Notes: generated by a model not told the origin, from the sequence alone. A stretch of DNA of 64,000 nucleotides from Lama guanicoe (GCA_013239625.1 MU054323.1:16682029-16746028), one strand, 5' to 3'; counted from the first letter of the stretch, positions 13,140 to 26,492 are shown. Numbers and translations: made by a program.

Positions 13140-14770
13140 GAGAGCAACAGATTCCTCAGAGGCAGGATTTCTGTAATGGTAGAGTGAGGAGCTTGAAAAC
13201 TATCTCCCTCCAAAATTATGATAAAACTAGACAATATTGCAAAAATGACTATTTCAGGACTCTGGAAATTGATCAAAGGCATGTAACAAATTTAAGAAGC
13301 ATGAAATGAAGAAAAATGACTGAAATGTAGCTAAGAGCAATGGGAATCTGTAACATTTTTGCCTGGAGTTGCCCTCATTCCTGCCCATCCCACTGTAACT
13401 CAATGTGTGTGGTAGTTCTACCAGGGTGGGGCAAACAATGAAATCTTGTAGCTTCTCCGCCAGGGCTGCTGACTTGATTTGGAACAATGCATGGAAGAAC
13501 TCAAGCCAAGGGATGTGACCATAAACAGTAGTAATCTGAGAAATTAACAGGGAAGGCCAGCATAACAGCTCACCTTAAGTTGTGACCGTGGTTGAAGCAA
13601 GCAACAGAGAGAAAGACTAGCCAGAAATTTAACAGGATAATCCAGGGAATGAGGTAGATGCAGTGAGTTCCCACGTATCCCTGGGAGTCTGAAAGGCTGG
13701 ACACCTGGCCGTGACTACATACTCACTCAGGAATGACCAGAGAAGGCCCCCCTCCAGCTAGTCACACACCCCTGGCTGAACATGAGTCCTTGCACATGCA
13801 AGTCACAAAAGAATTTGAAAGAAGGCAAAAATCTGGAGTCGACTTGTAAACTGTAGAAACTTTGAATGCATTTTCCGACCCACACAAAGATTCCTTGACA
13901 AAGGATATAAGATTCTCTGACTCAAAGTATTTGACCACAGCATCTAACCTACAGTTACTGGACCACCATGCTGTCACAGGGAAAACCCCAAGGAAACCAA
14001 GCTTAAGAATAAAAATTAGAATAAGAATAATCTTTTTTAATTAAGCAGAAATATCAGCAACAGAGAAAGGGGCAGAAAAAGTATTTAAAGAGATAATGGT
14101 GAGAAAGATCTGCAATTTGTTGAAAAACATTAATTCAGACATCTAAGAAACTCAAGGTAAAAAAGCAAAGAAATCTACTCTTAAGCACATGATAGTCAAA
14201 CTGCTAAAAACCAAAAATGAAGAGAAAAATCTTGAAAGCAGCAAGACAAAAAAGACTCACTACATGACAAGAAACCATGATGAATAGCAGGCTCCTCATG
14301 GGGAAAAAAGGCAGACCAGAAGGAAGTGGGATGTCATAGCCAAAGTCCTAGATGGAAAAACTGCCAACCAAGAATTCTATATTCAACAAAACTATCCTTC
14401 AAAAATGAAGGTGAAATACACTCCCAGGCAAACAAAGAGAATTCATGGCTAGCTGAGCTTTCTTGCAAGAAATCTTAAAAGTCCTTCAGACTAAAACGAT
14501 ACGACAGCAGATGGTAACTTAAATCAACATGAAAAAACAACATGCTCTGGAAAAGACTGATACCTATAAATACCTAGGTAAAAACAGGTGTATAGAACTA
14601 TGTCCCACGAAGACTTCTATGTGAATGTTTACTACAGCAGTATCTATAATAGGCCATCAGTGGAAACAATCCAGGGGTCCTTTAACTGATAAATGAAGAA
14701 ACAAAATGTGTTCTACCCATACGGTGGGACACTATTCAGCACTAAAAAGGAATGAATGACTGAGAAGTCC
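13140..14770 (+). mobile_element. Old L1 5'UTR/ORF1 remnant followed by a 3' fragment
   Basis: ORF1 C-terminal signature AAAATCTTGAAAGCAGCAAGA...CCAACCAAGAATTCTATATTCAACAAAACTATCCTTCAAAAATGAAGG; 14590-14770 resembles an L1 3' region. Confidence 0.75.
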
Positions 14771-15509
14771 CTAGAGCTAATTTGTAAAAGCCCAGAATGG
14801 AGCTCCAAAAAGAAAGCTGATGACTCAAACTTGGAGTGAACACATATGGAAAAGCAGCTCTAACACATGAAAAACCCCCGGGGAGCTAGAAATTCTTTTA
14901 AGTAGAAGCTGCTACAAAAGCAGCAATAGAAACATCCAGACTACACTTGGGCCAACCCACATAGGCGGTGGGGGAAGGGGGCTTTATTAGCACCAAACCC
15001 ATTGCAACTTGAGATTCAGGGAGAAGTACAAAGCTATGAGTTGGCAGACCTGAGATCAATTTGCAGCTCAACAATTTAATATATGGCCTTCATAGATTAA
15101 TTAACTCGCTCTGATTATTCAACAACCAGGTAGTGAGTACTTGCTTACTCTCAGGCATGGTGTGAGGTGATAGGGGTATAAAGTAAACAAAATCCAGCTG
15201 ATGATCGTGAGTAACTGGAAAGTTAGGGCCATAGGCCAGAGGCCTGGCAAGAGCCACACAGCCCTGATGGTGGACCGGCTGTGCTGCTGGGAAGCGGGAA
15301 AGAAGAATAACAAATAGGCATGGAGGGGCTCCATCCCGCATACTTGGGAGTGACCCGTCAATGTTCTCCCTGGCCTCTACACCCCTGCTGAGAGCAAAAT
15401 GTGAAGGCTGTAGAAACAAGGATTTGACTCTGCTTTGTATTACTAGGGCAGACACCCTGATTGATACATTTTGTCATTTTGCGACCTCAGCCTCTGTGCC
15501 TAATACTAG

Positions 15510-15780
15510 CGGTAATAATAACTATTATTCTGATTGTAGCTTACGTTGGCAGCATGCTTACTTTACTCTGAGGACCATGCTAAGCTCGTAGCGTGCATTC
15601 TTTACTTGAACATTCACAACAGTCATTGAATTTGAGAGCTTAGTCCTGCCATTTTACACATGAGGAATGGCTACCCAAAAAGGGTAATTTGCATAAATTC
15701 CACACATCTCTACACACTAGCAGAAACAAGATATGAAGCCAAGATGTGAAGAAATCTCTTAAACTCACATGACATGATCT
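15510..15780 (-). mobile_element. MIR
   Basis: AATAATAACT...CCATTTTACACATGAGGAA, reverse MIR. Confidence 0.65.
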
Positions 15781-17223
15781 CTGTGTTCTCAGTGCAGTGT
15801 CCTCATGTGCCCTGCATCCCACCCCTGGTGCTTTCTCAGGAGAGCATCGTCCAACCAGCTCCTTTCTGTCCTGCCTCATCTTTTCCTCTCTCCTGGCTGG
15901 ACCACTATGTCCAGCACTCACACAGGCTTAAGGATTTCCTGCTTTGAAAAAAATCCCTCCCTTTTCTGTATACCTCTTACCATGTATCCCCACAAGTAGC
16001 CCCAATTTCTCTGACTCTCCTCTCATGTTACCAGCCCTTTACAGTTTTCAGATTGCAGATGTTTTTGTGGAGCCTTAAAAATTCCACAGTACCTGTGCCC
16101 CGCCTGTCTGGGACGCCATCTGGTTTTCAGTTGGGCACAAAAGTTGGCCTGGGTTATCCCACCAGGATTCAGTTTCTAAAAGAGCTTCTGGTCACCTCAT
16201 TAAGAACTTGGAATTGAGAGAAAACATGACTCTGCATGAACACCACGTATATTTCTTAATGTCGAAAGAAAGAAAGAACCATTTCACTATGTGACTCTGA
16301 GTGATTCCTTTAACCTCTTCATCTATTGAATCGGTATAATAACGTGTTATTCTATTGGATTATGATGACTTACATTATCTGTAGGATCTATATAACTAGA
16401 AAATCAGGCAATAAGTATAAAAAGAACTTGAAAAGTTGGGAGCACTCTGTGAAGGCAAGATACTACGTAAAGACATAAGCTTAAGAAATTGAAATGAGTT
16501 CTTATTTAATTTGGGGTGATTATTCCAGTGACTTTTACTTAAGGTGTCCTCCTGATAACACTCTAACAGAAGCATTATAATTCAAAATTGAATAGTAATT
16601 TTTAATCTGTCTCACTTCCCAGCCATGAGGGAGAGTCACTGAACTTTGGAACTCAAGTTGGGCCACCCCCAGTAGTCGATGCCTAAGAATCAGGAGGAAA
16701 CGAGAGAGCGGAGCCTTCATACAAAGAAGGCTCACGGCTAATCCTTTGCTTTAGTGAACCTGCCACCTGGAAAAATTACCTGGAAAGTATCACAAGGGGC
16801 ACATCATTTCTAAGTGCCAGAATCAGAGATGGGGAGAGGGGAGAACACGTTGTAACGTGGCCTCGAGAGGCTGTCTCTGCCCGGGGAACGAGCCTCTTCA
16901 GGAAAGACATCACCAACACCAGTGACAAGGATTAAGACTTCCTGGAGGGCATGAAACCTCATTAGCTCAGGCTTCATTAACCCAGAATTTATGCAGTTGG
17001 ACTGAGTCTGGTTTGATGCTTATCTTTGACTTGCCAATCCTTTCTTCAGGGCACTGCAAATTCATAGCTGAAATCCAAACTGCAAGGGCTGTGCTGACGA
17101 CATAGCCGACCCTTCTCATACAGCAGGGCTATGTCTGGAGGCGTCAGTGTCGGAACTTGGAGTTCCCTCTTTAAAATGCAGTCAAGTGGAACTGGAAATT
17201 TTAAGTAACCTTCATATTCTTGG

Positions 17224-17571
17224 TTTTAAATATATTTTTACTGAAGTACAGTCAGTGTACAATGCTGTGTCAACTCCTGGTGTACAGCACAATACTTCAG
17301 TCATACAGGAACATACATACATTCCTCCTCATATTCTTCTTCACCGAGGGTTACTACAAAATATTGAATATGCTTCCCTGTGCTATACAGTATAAACTTG
17401 TCTTTATCAGATTTTGTGAGAATCCTCCTGTATTTCGAAATGAGAGCCACCCTGCCAGAGTTCAGTAGGTGTTCTGTGCGATTCAGGGGGTTTGTAGATG
17501 TGATTCTTGGTGTACTTGTGGGAGAGGGCGAGCTGTGAGTCTCTCTCCTCCGCCATCTTGGCTCCACCCCC
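17224..17571 (-). mobile_element. Internally deleted L1: 5'UTR start fused to 3' end
   Basis: 17571-~17412 reads GGAGCCAAGATGGCGGAGGAG...CAGAACACCTACTGAAC (L1 5' end, YY1 site). ~17411-17224 is an L1 3' terminus that aligns by eye to the in-window L1 end at 62260-62449. Confidence 0.8.
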
Positions 17572-17904
17572 CACAATCTTAATGATTCCCCACAGGCATT
17601 TACCAACCTGCCTATGGATCCTTCTTCATCAAACTACTTCTGTTTCTTTTTACTGCTGTAGCCCCCAGTTGCTGTTTTTTCTGGAGCTGTTTTCTACAGA
17701 TTTTTTTTTAAATAAGTCTTCAAGAATTACAAGGTCTCTGAAGTCAAGTAGAAAATGTTAACATTACTTTGGATTCACTCCCATACTCTGGCTTTGTTGT
17801 CCACGGGATTCAAATTTGTGTCTCCGTAAAACCACTGTGTGGAACGGACCCTCCGTCGCTAACTCCATGATTGCCAAATCCGCAGATGTTGTGCTCGGCA
17901 TATG

Positions 17905-18071
17905 TTATGTCTGAACATTTTTGTAAAATGTTCATGTGTCACAAAATATCCTTCTTCTTTGGATTTTTGCCAACCATTTGAAAACATAGAAACCATTCAT
18001 AGCTCACGTAGCTGCACAAAAACAGGCAGTGGGCTGGATGTGGCCCAGGTGCTATAGTTTGCGGACCTCTG
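17905..18071 (+). mobile_element. MER58B-like hAT-Charlie right half
   Basis: CAACCATTTGAAAAC...AAAAACAGGCAGTGGGCTGGATGTGGCCC...TAGTTTGCGGACCTCTG. Confidence 0.8.
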
Positions 18072-19111
18072 ATATAAACCCTGGAAGACTTATCTACTAA
18101 GATGGCCAGTGGCCAGTGGAGCCCACCAAACATATTTGAACAGTAAACCCTCAGGAGATATTTATCTCATATTAGTGGCACTAGAGAACCACACTAGCTC
18201 TTCAAAATTTAATGTCTTCCTATGGAAATAATTGTGCCCTCATATGCCTTGTTCCTTCAACCTGAGTCTTTTTCCACTGGGATTCTTGGGTTCTCCAGCT
18301 CTGGGTGAAGGTCAGGTTAATGTGAGTCAGCCCCATTGGGCTCAGAGGAAGAGGTAAGTGAGCCCAAGTGGAGACTCTCAGGTATCTGAAGAATCCCATT
18401 CAATCATTCATCATCCCCGAATATAGCTCTTGAGGTGAAGACATCAAATTTTGTCCTGCAAGGAGAAGCACCATTAGAAGGTCCTCCTGGGACTGCAATC
18501 CCCAGAGAGAAGGGAAGGATTAGAGAAGCAACATCCAAGTTTTGTTACTCCCCACCGACTTTTCTCTACTGTGTGCAAGCAGTGGGCATCAGGACCAAAA
18601 GTCTTTGTTTCTGCAGGTGTGGGACTACTTGTCCCAAGGTAGGGGTGAGGAGGAAGTAAAAGCAGAGCTCCAAAGTCCTGGAACCATAGTCATGAATCTT
18701 GTTCAGAGATAACTTCGCCACCAGAATATGACTTGGTAGAGCATCTCTCCTTTAGTTAGCTTGCGTTGTGGAGCGTGCTGTGCTTCAGACCTAAGGGAAC
18801 ATGCACTTTTCTGCCTCTGACCTACCTCCTGTGTGAAATTTTCCTTGATTTTCTATCCTGAACTGGAAAATGCCAATCTCTCCTTCCTCTGAATTTCTGC
18901 AGCACTTATCTGTCTGCCTCAAGGTTCTTGATACGAATTTTTAGATTATATTTATCTTCAGGCCCACTTGCTGAAGGAAGCAAGGTGTCTGAATCTTCCC
19001 TGCACAGTTCATATTTCTTATCATCTCTTACTCAATGTAGATACTAAATATATAGTTATGAATTGAGTAAAAGTACAAAGCCAGTAAGTTGACTACTTGA
19101 TTCATCTATAG

Positions 19112-19319
19112 CTGGGCTGTCCCATAGAACTTCCTGCTGTGATGGGAATGTTTTTCATCTGTGCTGTCCACAGAAGTACCGCTGGCCACATGGGGCTACC
19201 AAGCTCCAGAAATATGGCTGATGCAAGTGAGAAACTGAACTTTTCATTTTATTGAGTCTTAATTAATTTAAATTTAAATTGCCACACATGACTATTGGCT
19301 ACCTACTTGGACAACCCAG
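19112..19319 (+). mobile_element. MER3-like hAT-Charlie MITE
   Basis: CTGGGCTGTCC...GGACAACCCAG ends, central TTAATTTAAATTTAAA, degenerate 8-bp TSD ATCTATAG / GTCTAGAG. Confidence 0.85.
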
Positions 19320-20884
19320 GTCTAGAGGACAATAAGTTGTTAATCTCTTTTTGTGAATGGATTGTTTATTTGGGCAGTTATCACACCATCTGAATTTAAA
19401 AATATAATGCAAACCAGTTGTTGGATATTGTGTACAAAATGCAGCAGGATGCTTGGATAGCCTACTTTTTAAGCAACACAAAGATGCCCAGTTTTGAGGC
19501 ATTTACACTCTGGGAATGGGGTCTGATGAAGAGAGACAATAAACCATGGAAAAGGAAAACAGAGAAAGTAGAGCATGGTAAGGGAGTCGACAGTGTCAGG
19601 GGAAGGGGGCAGGCTGAGTATTAAACAGAGAGGCCAAGACAGGCTTCATTAAGAAGATGAAACCTGAGTTCAAACTACAGGATGGTGAGGAGAGTTTGGG
19701 CAGAAAAAGTTACTAAATTCTGCAGAGCCAAACAAATGGCAGGTCTATACTATGAGCTGAAATCCCTGACACATTGTCACAAAGAAAATGGGGCTGGTGG
19801 GGCCAGGAGGAAGGAGTTTTGGGTTGTTGTTGGTTTCATTAACCAAACCTCCACAGATGTTTCCAGACCCATCTCTTGAAGTTAGAAATTAAACCTAAGT
19901 GGCAGGCAGGCAGGCTCACTACTTTTTAGTGCAGTCCGTTTCTGGAAACCATGTTGGAAAGCACAACAGTGAACATTCAGCCTCGTTCTCCCACCTTTTT
20001 GTCCAGCCTGTGTTTCTCCCTCAATGTCAATGCCAAGCACGAGGCAAGCAGAATGCCAACTGGATCTTCTTGGGGGCTGCAGGAACAACGGAGGCGAAGG
20101 CTTCCATTAAAATGGTGATGGCTGGGAAGGGCAGCAGGAGACGGAGGTGACGACTGAAGGGAGCAGCAGTGAAGTGTGCACGGGGGAGTGAAGCAGAGGA
20201 GGCGTTGGACAGGGCGGCGTGGAGCCCACCAGAGCCAAGGGAATCCTGGCAGCTTTCTCCAGGTGCCTGGAGGGAACTGTATGGAGCTCTCAAAGTTGGG
20301 CATGACCTGGGCCCTGGGGTCCCCAGGCCAAGACAAGAGCTAGAGCTGTGGGGTAGACAGTAAAGCAAGGCCCAGCAAGGGAAGCATTGCTGAACATGCA
20401 GTACAACCCCAGGGTCAGGGGTGTGAGATCCTGGAGACGGGACCCTGAGGCTGCTCGCTCTTCTCAGCAAGCCCACTGACATGAGTGTGGAAATCCTTTT
20501 CAATCAGCTATAATGAAAATTTCATTCAAGAGCCAGAGGTAGAGTCTGTGGAATAGCTCCAAAGAAGATCCGTTAAGTGCTTCAAAGAATCAACGGGAGT
20601 CCTTCGGTGTGCCAAAAGTCAGAGTCAGCAGGCCATTTTAATGTGGGCATTTCAAAGCATCATTGTCAAGTCTGTTAGTGCCAACATACTTACATCCGTA
20701 GAGAGCCTGCTCTCTGGTATTCTTCAGAGATTGTTTTAGTGCTCCCAGGGCAACAAGATCGAAAATGAGCTTGAGAGTCGAAAGCAGGAAAAGGTCTGGA
20801 CCATATGGATGTCTTCTGACAAAACCAGAAGCCGAGACTGATTAAGAGCTTGCCTACAACATCCGCCACTGAGTGTGCTGAGAT

Positions 20885-20955
20885 TATTTTATTTCAGACT
20901 GTGGGTTGTGATCCATTAGTGACCATAAAATCAATTTAATAAGTTGCAGCCAGCT
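20885..20955 (+). mobile_element. hAT-Charlie MITE, left half (Charlie15-like; name uncertain)
   Basis: TTTCAGACTGTGGGTTGTGATCCATTAGTG..ATAAAATCAATTTAAT..GTTGCAGCCAGC matches the 5' part of the recalled consensus. Confidence 0.65.
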
Positions 20956-21039
20956 TGGGGTTTTTACTTTTTTTTTAGGCGATGAATTTATTGTCAATGA
21001 CTCAGTGCTGGTATTTCCTTCACATTAGGAGAGAGGAAA

Positions 21040-21322
21040 TGTCCCATCATGTTGCCTCCTTCAGAAAGACTTCCTTGACTACTCATTCTGAAGAGTACCT
21101 GCAACATACAGACACAGACACATGCACACCTCACCCTTTTACTGTCTTCACAGCACTTACAATTAACCCAATCCTATTTATGTTCTCTGCACCCACCCCC
21201 CCTACTAAAATATCAGCTCTAAGAACTCAGGACCTGGGTGTCTTGCTCACTGTAATATCCCCAAAGCTCCTAATGGAAACTGCCACCTAGTAGGTGCTCA
21301 ATTAACACTGATGGTATTGAAT
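21040..21322 (+). mobile_element. L2 3' end fragment
   Basis: CCTCCTTCAGAAAGACTTCCTTGAC...GTCTTGCTCACTGTAATATCCCCA...TAGTAGGTGCTCAATTAA. Confidence 0.75.
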
Positions 21323-21554
21323 TAAAATTGCCCTGAGTGGCAATTTCAGCCCACAGCTTTAGCTGCTATTGTTCATCCCACCAGCTGGTGGTCTATTTTC
21401 CTGTTCTGCCCTGAGAACCTGGTACCACCCTTTTCCCCCAGCCTGTAAGAACTCAATCAATATTGGCCGTCACCCTGGTTCACACATCTGGGCCGGACTT
21501 CGTTGGTTCAATACTTCTATGTCTGCCAGCAGCTGTAATTCTATCTGTCAACCT

Positions 21555-22247
21555 TAATTCAGCTTCATTTAAGCTTACTTGCACCAATCCTCCCTTAGAA
21601 ATACTTTTCAATCTATTTTACTGTACAGTTTTATGAAATTTAACACAGTATAATCCCTATAACCACCACCACAATCAGAAAACCCCCCAAAATTCCATTG
21701 TACGTTCCTCCACCCCAAACCCTTGGCAAACCGTGATATGTTCTCCATCCCTTTAATCTTGACTTTTTGACACTGTCATATAACTGGATTCATATAGCAT
21801 ATAACTGTTTGAGGCTGACTTCTTTTACTCAAGAATATCCTCTTGAGGTTCATGTAAGTTGTTGCACGGACCAACAGTTCATTCTTTTTATTGCTGAGTG
21901 TCATTCCACTGCACGGATGTAACGTGACTTGTTTAGCCAATCACTTGCTGAAGGACACTTAGGTCGTTTCCAGTTTTCAGTGATTGTGATTAGAGCTTTT
22001 TAAATATTCATGTAAAGCTTTTATGTAAATGAGTTTTCATTTCTCTGGGATAAATATCTGGGAGTGAGATCGCTGAGCCCTTCTGTTCCATTTTGCCCTC
22101 CTCACCCCCACCACCCCAGCAATGTTTGACAGTTCCAGTAGCTTCACATTCTCTCCAGCATTTGTTATTATCAGTTTTGGTTTGGGGTTTTGTGTTTGTT
22201 TTTGATTTAGTCACTCTCATAGGTTTGTAGTGTTATCTCACCATGGT
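21555..22247 (-). mobile_element. L1M (L1MB/MC-like) 3' end, 5'-truncated
   Basis: AACCACCACCACAATCA...TTCATTCTTTTTATTGCTGAGTG..ATTCCA...TTTTCATTTCTCTGGGATAAATA, antisense L1 3'UTR. Confidence 0.88.
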
Positions 22248-22455
22248 GCATTTTTTCGTGAAGAATAATAAATATATTTGAAAATAGACTGCATCCCAGA
22301 AAGCAGTGGTAAATACTGTTTTTATGTAAGTATATATGTATGTAAGTACACACAATCTCTTAGAACATACACACTAGGTATGTACTAAGTTACAATGCAA
22401 AATATATTTCATACTGTGGGTTATGGTAAAAAAAAAAGATGTTTAAAAACTACTG
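22248..22455 (+). mobile_element. hAT-Charlie MITE, right half (continuation of 20885-20955)
   Basis: GCATTTTTT...GACTGCATC...TATTTCATACTGTGGGTTATGGTAAAAAA...TTTAAAAACTACTG terminal repeat. Confidence 0.65.
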
Positions 22456-22889
22456 TTCACCCTAAAGGATGGAGACCCCATATCTGCTCATTTCAGAGAG
22501 ACTTAGAGGAAACCTAGAAACCTTAAATTATCTCAACACTACAGCTGGGAGAAGAAACTGAGATGGACTTCACCGGTACCAACTGAAAACAGGGAGAGGT
22601 AAAGATCTCATCAGTGCAGAGAAGCAGGTTTAACATAACTCACACCTCTGATCACTCATACTTCCACACACAAGAACCTTTCAGTAACAGAGTGTGTGGA
22701 CCCAGACCCTGCTTTCAATGAATGTACCATCTAAGAGAGGCGATACGATAGAAACACAAATAGAGCTACAGGGAGTATCAAAACATGAGTGGATGTTACT
22801 CTTTTTTTCTGGTTTGAAAAAAATCTATTTAATGCATTACCCCTTCCTCAAGGGTATAGTTCATTTTATTTTTAAATGAGGTCATGCTA

Positions 22890-23400
22890 CATGTCTGTGG
22901 GGAAGCAGGTATAAAGGAACCCTCATGCACAGCTGATGGGTGTGTGGGCTGGTTTGGCATTCTGCAGAATGTTCCAACAGCACTTACATTATGTAGACAT
23001 AGATTTGCTTACCTAGCAGTTCTAATCACGGGTATGGTGTGTATTACAAATTTTTTCTAGGTCGGCAAGGGAACACGCACAAGGATGTTCCTTGCAGCAC
23101 TGGCTGGGGGTGCACGAAGCTGGAGGCCGTCTGGGGGCTCGTTCCCAAGAGAGTGAGTAGAGAAAAAGTGGTGGATGAACATGGAATCCTAGGCAGCAGT
23201 TAGAAACCATGGGAGTAGACAGGAAAGGGACTTTAAAATAATGTGCTAAGAGAAGATGAAGCAATGAGATGCGATACGAACAGCATTTACACAAATTAAA
23301 AACACATGTATACAAAACACAAAAAATGCACATTTTGGTAGAACACATACAAGCAAAAAGTACACATTAGGAACTATTGAGAGGGAGCAGGAAAGAAACC
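22890..23400 (+). mobile_element. Very old L1ME 3' fragment
   Basis: GTGGGGAAGCAGG..CCCTCATGCACAGCTGATGGG...ACCTAGCAGTTCT...CAAGGATGTTC.TTGCAGCA. Confidence 0.6.
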
Positions 23401-25594
23401 AAAGTAGGCAAAGAGGAATAAAAGCAGAATTTAAAATTTTAAAAAGAGGCTGGAAGGTTTTTCAGTTTGGTAGGTTGACTCTGAGCCCGGGCCCTCAGGG
23501 GCTGTTGGGCATGTGCTGGAATATTGTGTAATTTGTGTAATATTGTGTTGTTTATGTAGCATCCAATATTTCATTCATTGGTTTATTTAGCCTTTCCGTC
23601 ACCTGAAGGGATCGCAAGTGGTCCAAAACCAGCTCCAGTAGCTCCAGTAGCTTCAGTCACGCCGTTAGCTAAGGCAGGCTTCCCGTCAGCTCTCCTCTCA
23701 GTCATGCCTTTGTAGGCACTGTCTCCCTGGCCAAAGAGCGGAGCTATCCTATTTAATCCTATTCAGTCAGGGTCTCTGAGAGCAGGAAAGGTGATTGATC
23801 ACCTGAGCCAGTATCCAGTGTGGTGCACTCCTCCCCTCCTATCAGAGAGAGTTCTTGAGTCAAGCCACTTCACGGGCAACTGGTCCAACCTGTGGATGGC
23901 CTTTGGCTCAGGCAAAAAGCCCCTGGCCCACAGATTATGGGAGAGAGGTTTTCAGATTATAAACCAAAGCATGTTGCCCCACCTCACCCTGCCTCACCAC
24001 CTCTTTTTTAATTTTTTTGCTTGAGGATGCTTCTCTCAGAAGCGAGGAGTCTTGTGAGTCTTCCTAGGACTTCACTTCAGTGTGAAATGTGCCCTTAGAC
24101 AAAGGAGAAGCATTGCTTGTGAAACTCCAGGGACTGAAAAATCGATGGACTAGACTGTATACCTAAATTCAGGCAGGTTGGGAAGTGACCAGTTCTCTAG
24201 TCCAAAGACAGCGAGCTGTGGACTCCGTTCATCTCTAGGGAAAACCAGACACTGCCACTTTTCCAAGTATAATTTTGGCACGACACTACCGTCTCCTTCA
24301 CAGGACTGCTGTGTGATAGTGCCTTCACACGCTTAGCACAGTGATGGACCATAAATGCTCAACCAATTTTCATTTCATTTCTTTCCCTCATGCTTGACTC
24401 ATGCTGAAAAGTGTTAGTGACGACCGCACAGCCTGTGTGTGAGTGAGTAAAGGCGCTGGGAGTGTAAGGCGCTGACTACCTAGCTTCCCCAGACCTACTT
24501 AAACTAGCTTATTCTCCTCCAGTCTTTCCCATTAAAAATAATTGCTTCCAAATGTATTTGAATATATTAAATTTTTTCTCTTCCTTTGAGAATTATAACT
24601 AATTCATCAAAACTTGCGATTAGAGAGTATGTGCATCAAAATAAGGGAGAATTAACAGCCAAAAGGTCTGTAGCACTGATGCAGAGAAACTGGCTTTGAG
24701 GTTATAGAAACAATCTGCGAGTTTGCAGCAACCACGCCTGTTTTATGTCCAAGGCTGCATGCATTTCCCTCCCTGTGTTCTAGCCTTATATTCTACCAGA
24801 TTGATCGGGTAGAATCCAGTTCTGCTTGACATTCTTGCAAACACCTGACCCCAATTACCATTTTTTAAGACACTTTTTCCTATGAAAATATTTATTTCAC
24901 TTGTCCTGAACCCTTTCTGATCATTTCCAAGAGCCCAGGTCAGTACAGCTGGAAAACAAATGAGTATTCTCTTACACCAGTGCATAGCCATACCTTCTGG
25001 CTGCTAAAGTGATGTTCTCAAGCCAAAGTATCAACGACACTGTGCAACTGTACTTCACAATTACTCTTCCTGATTTCACAATAATGGGAGCAAAAGTCTG
25101 GAAGAAATGAGGTCCTTGGCACAATATGGCCCTGCCATCTGAGGAGAGGGGGGAGCGGGAAAGCCCGGAGAGTCCCAGCAGGGCCCTGGGAAGTCTTTTA
25201 CCAGGTAAAAAAGATCAGCAGAAAAATATTTCCACAGAGTATATTACAGAGTACTACCATCCATTCTATTTTACTGGACATTAATTGTGCTTATTAATTA
25301 AGGCACATGTCTGTTGAAAAAACTGAATGAATGAATGAATATTTATCAACCAAATTAAAAACAAAAGCTTTCATGTCAAAAAAAAATGAATGAATGGAAT
25401 ACTCAAGGAAAAGGACTGGTGTGCTGCTGAGGCGGGGGAAACATGTCCTGCATTTTTTAGATGAAGCAGAAATATAAGGTCAGAATCTTAAAGTTCCAAT
25501 CTATACTATCTCTCAAAATTAAAAATTCATTCCTATTTTACTAGGCATTTGCCATTGAAATTTAACTTCCTTGTTGATTCTTATAAATTTAAAA

Positions 25595-25927
25595 CTTATC
25601 ACATATGCGGAGTCTAAAAAGTAAAACAAATGAATGTATACAACAAAACAGAAACAGACTCACAGATATAGAGAACAAACTAATGGGTACCAGTGGGGAG
25701 AGAGAAGGGGCGATGGGCAGGTTAGGACTTTGGGATTAAGAGGTACAACTACTATGTATAAAATAAATAAGCTACAAGGTTATATTGTACAACACAGGGA
25801 ATATAGCCATTATTTTGTAATAACTTTAAATGGAGCATAATCTATGAAAATATTGAATCTATGTACTATGCTGTACACCTGAAACTAATATAATATTGTG
25901 CATCAACTGTATTTCAATTAAAAAAAG
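25595..25927 (+). mobile_element. L1 3' end (artiodactyl-type), convergent with the CYP1B1 3' end
   Basis: AAACAGAAACAGACTCACAGATATAGAGAACAAACTA...GCTGTACACCTGAAACTAATATAATATTGT..ATCAACT..TTCAATTAAAAAAA. Confidence 0.92.
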
Positions 25928-26140
25928 AGAGATCAAGAATTTGGTAGCAAACTGGATGTGGAAACCTTATTAAAAAGAAAAAAGGCAAGCAGCCTAAGAT
26001 GTAGAATGGCCAAAGGAAATATTTACAAGGCAACATTTTAAGTCAAGCACTTATAAAAAGTAGTTGAAATGAATGGATACCTTAGACTATATTTGCTACA
26101 ACATAAAGAAAAACTTCCTAACAAGATTATGAAAGTGATT

Positions 26141-26146
26141 TTTATT
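26141..26146 (-). terminator. Distal polyadenylation signal AATAAA of CYP1B1
   Basis: TTTATT on + strand; followed on the minus strand by a U/GU-rich stretch (TTTTTCTTTATGTTGT). Confidence 0.8.
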
Positions 26147-26492
26147 ATTTTGGAAATGGTGTCCTATCATAGGTAATTACAGATACAGAATTTTTTTTTA
26201 ATTTGGTGTATCAAGCAGTAAAAGCCACATATTAATGCTGTGTCCCCAAAATCTATTTCAGTTACAACAATGTATTATAGCTGCTGTGTACATATGAAAA
26301 GCATACATGATAAAGTACAAAAATAAGAAAAGGTTAAGTATGAACTTATCCTTGGATATACATGTACTAAAGCATACCTTTGCATTACACTGTTGTGTCA
26401 TAGCTAAAAAACATTCAAATTAATATATGATGCAGTGCAACTATCTGATCTAATATAGATCTAATATGAAAATATTAAGGCTGTAATAGCAT

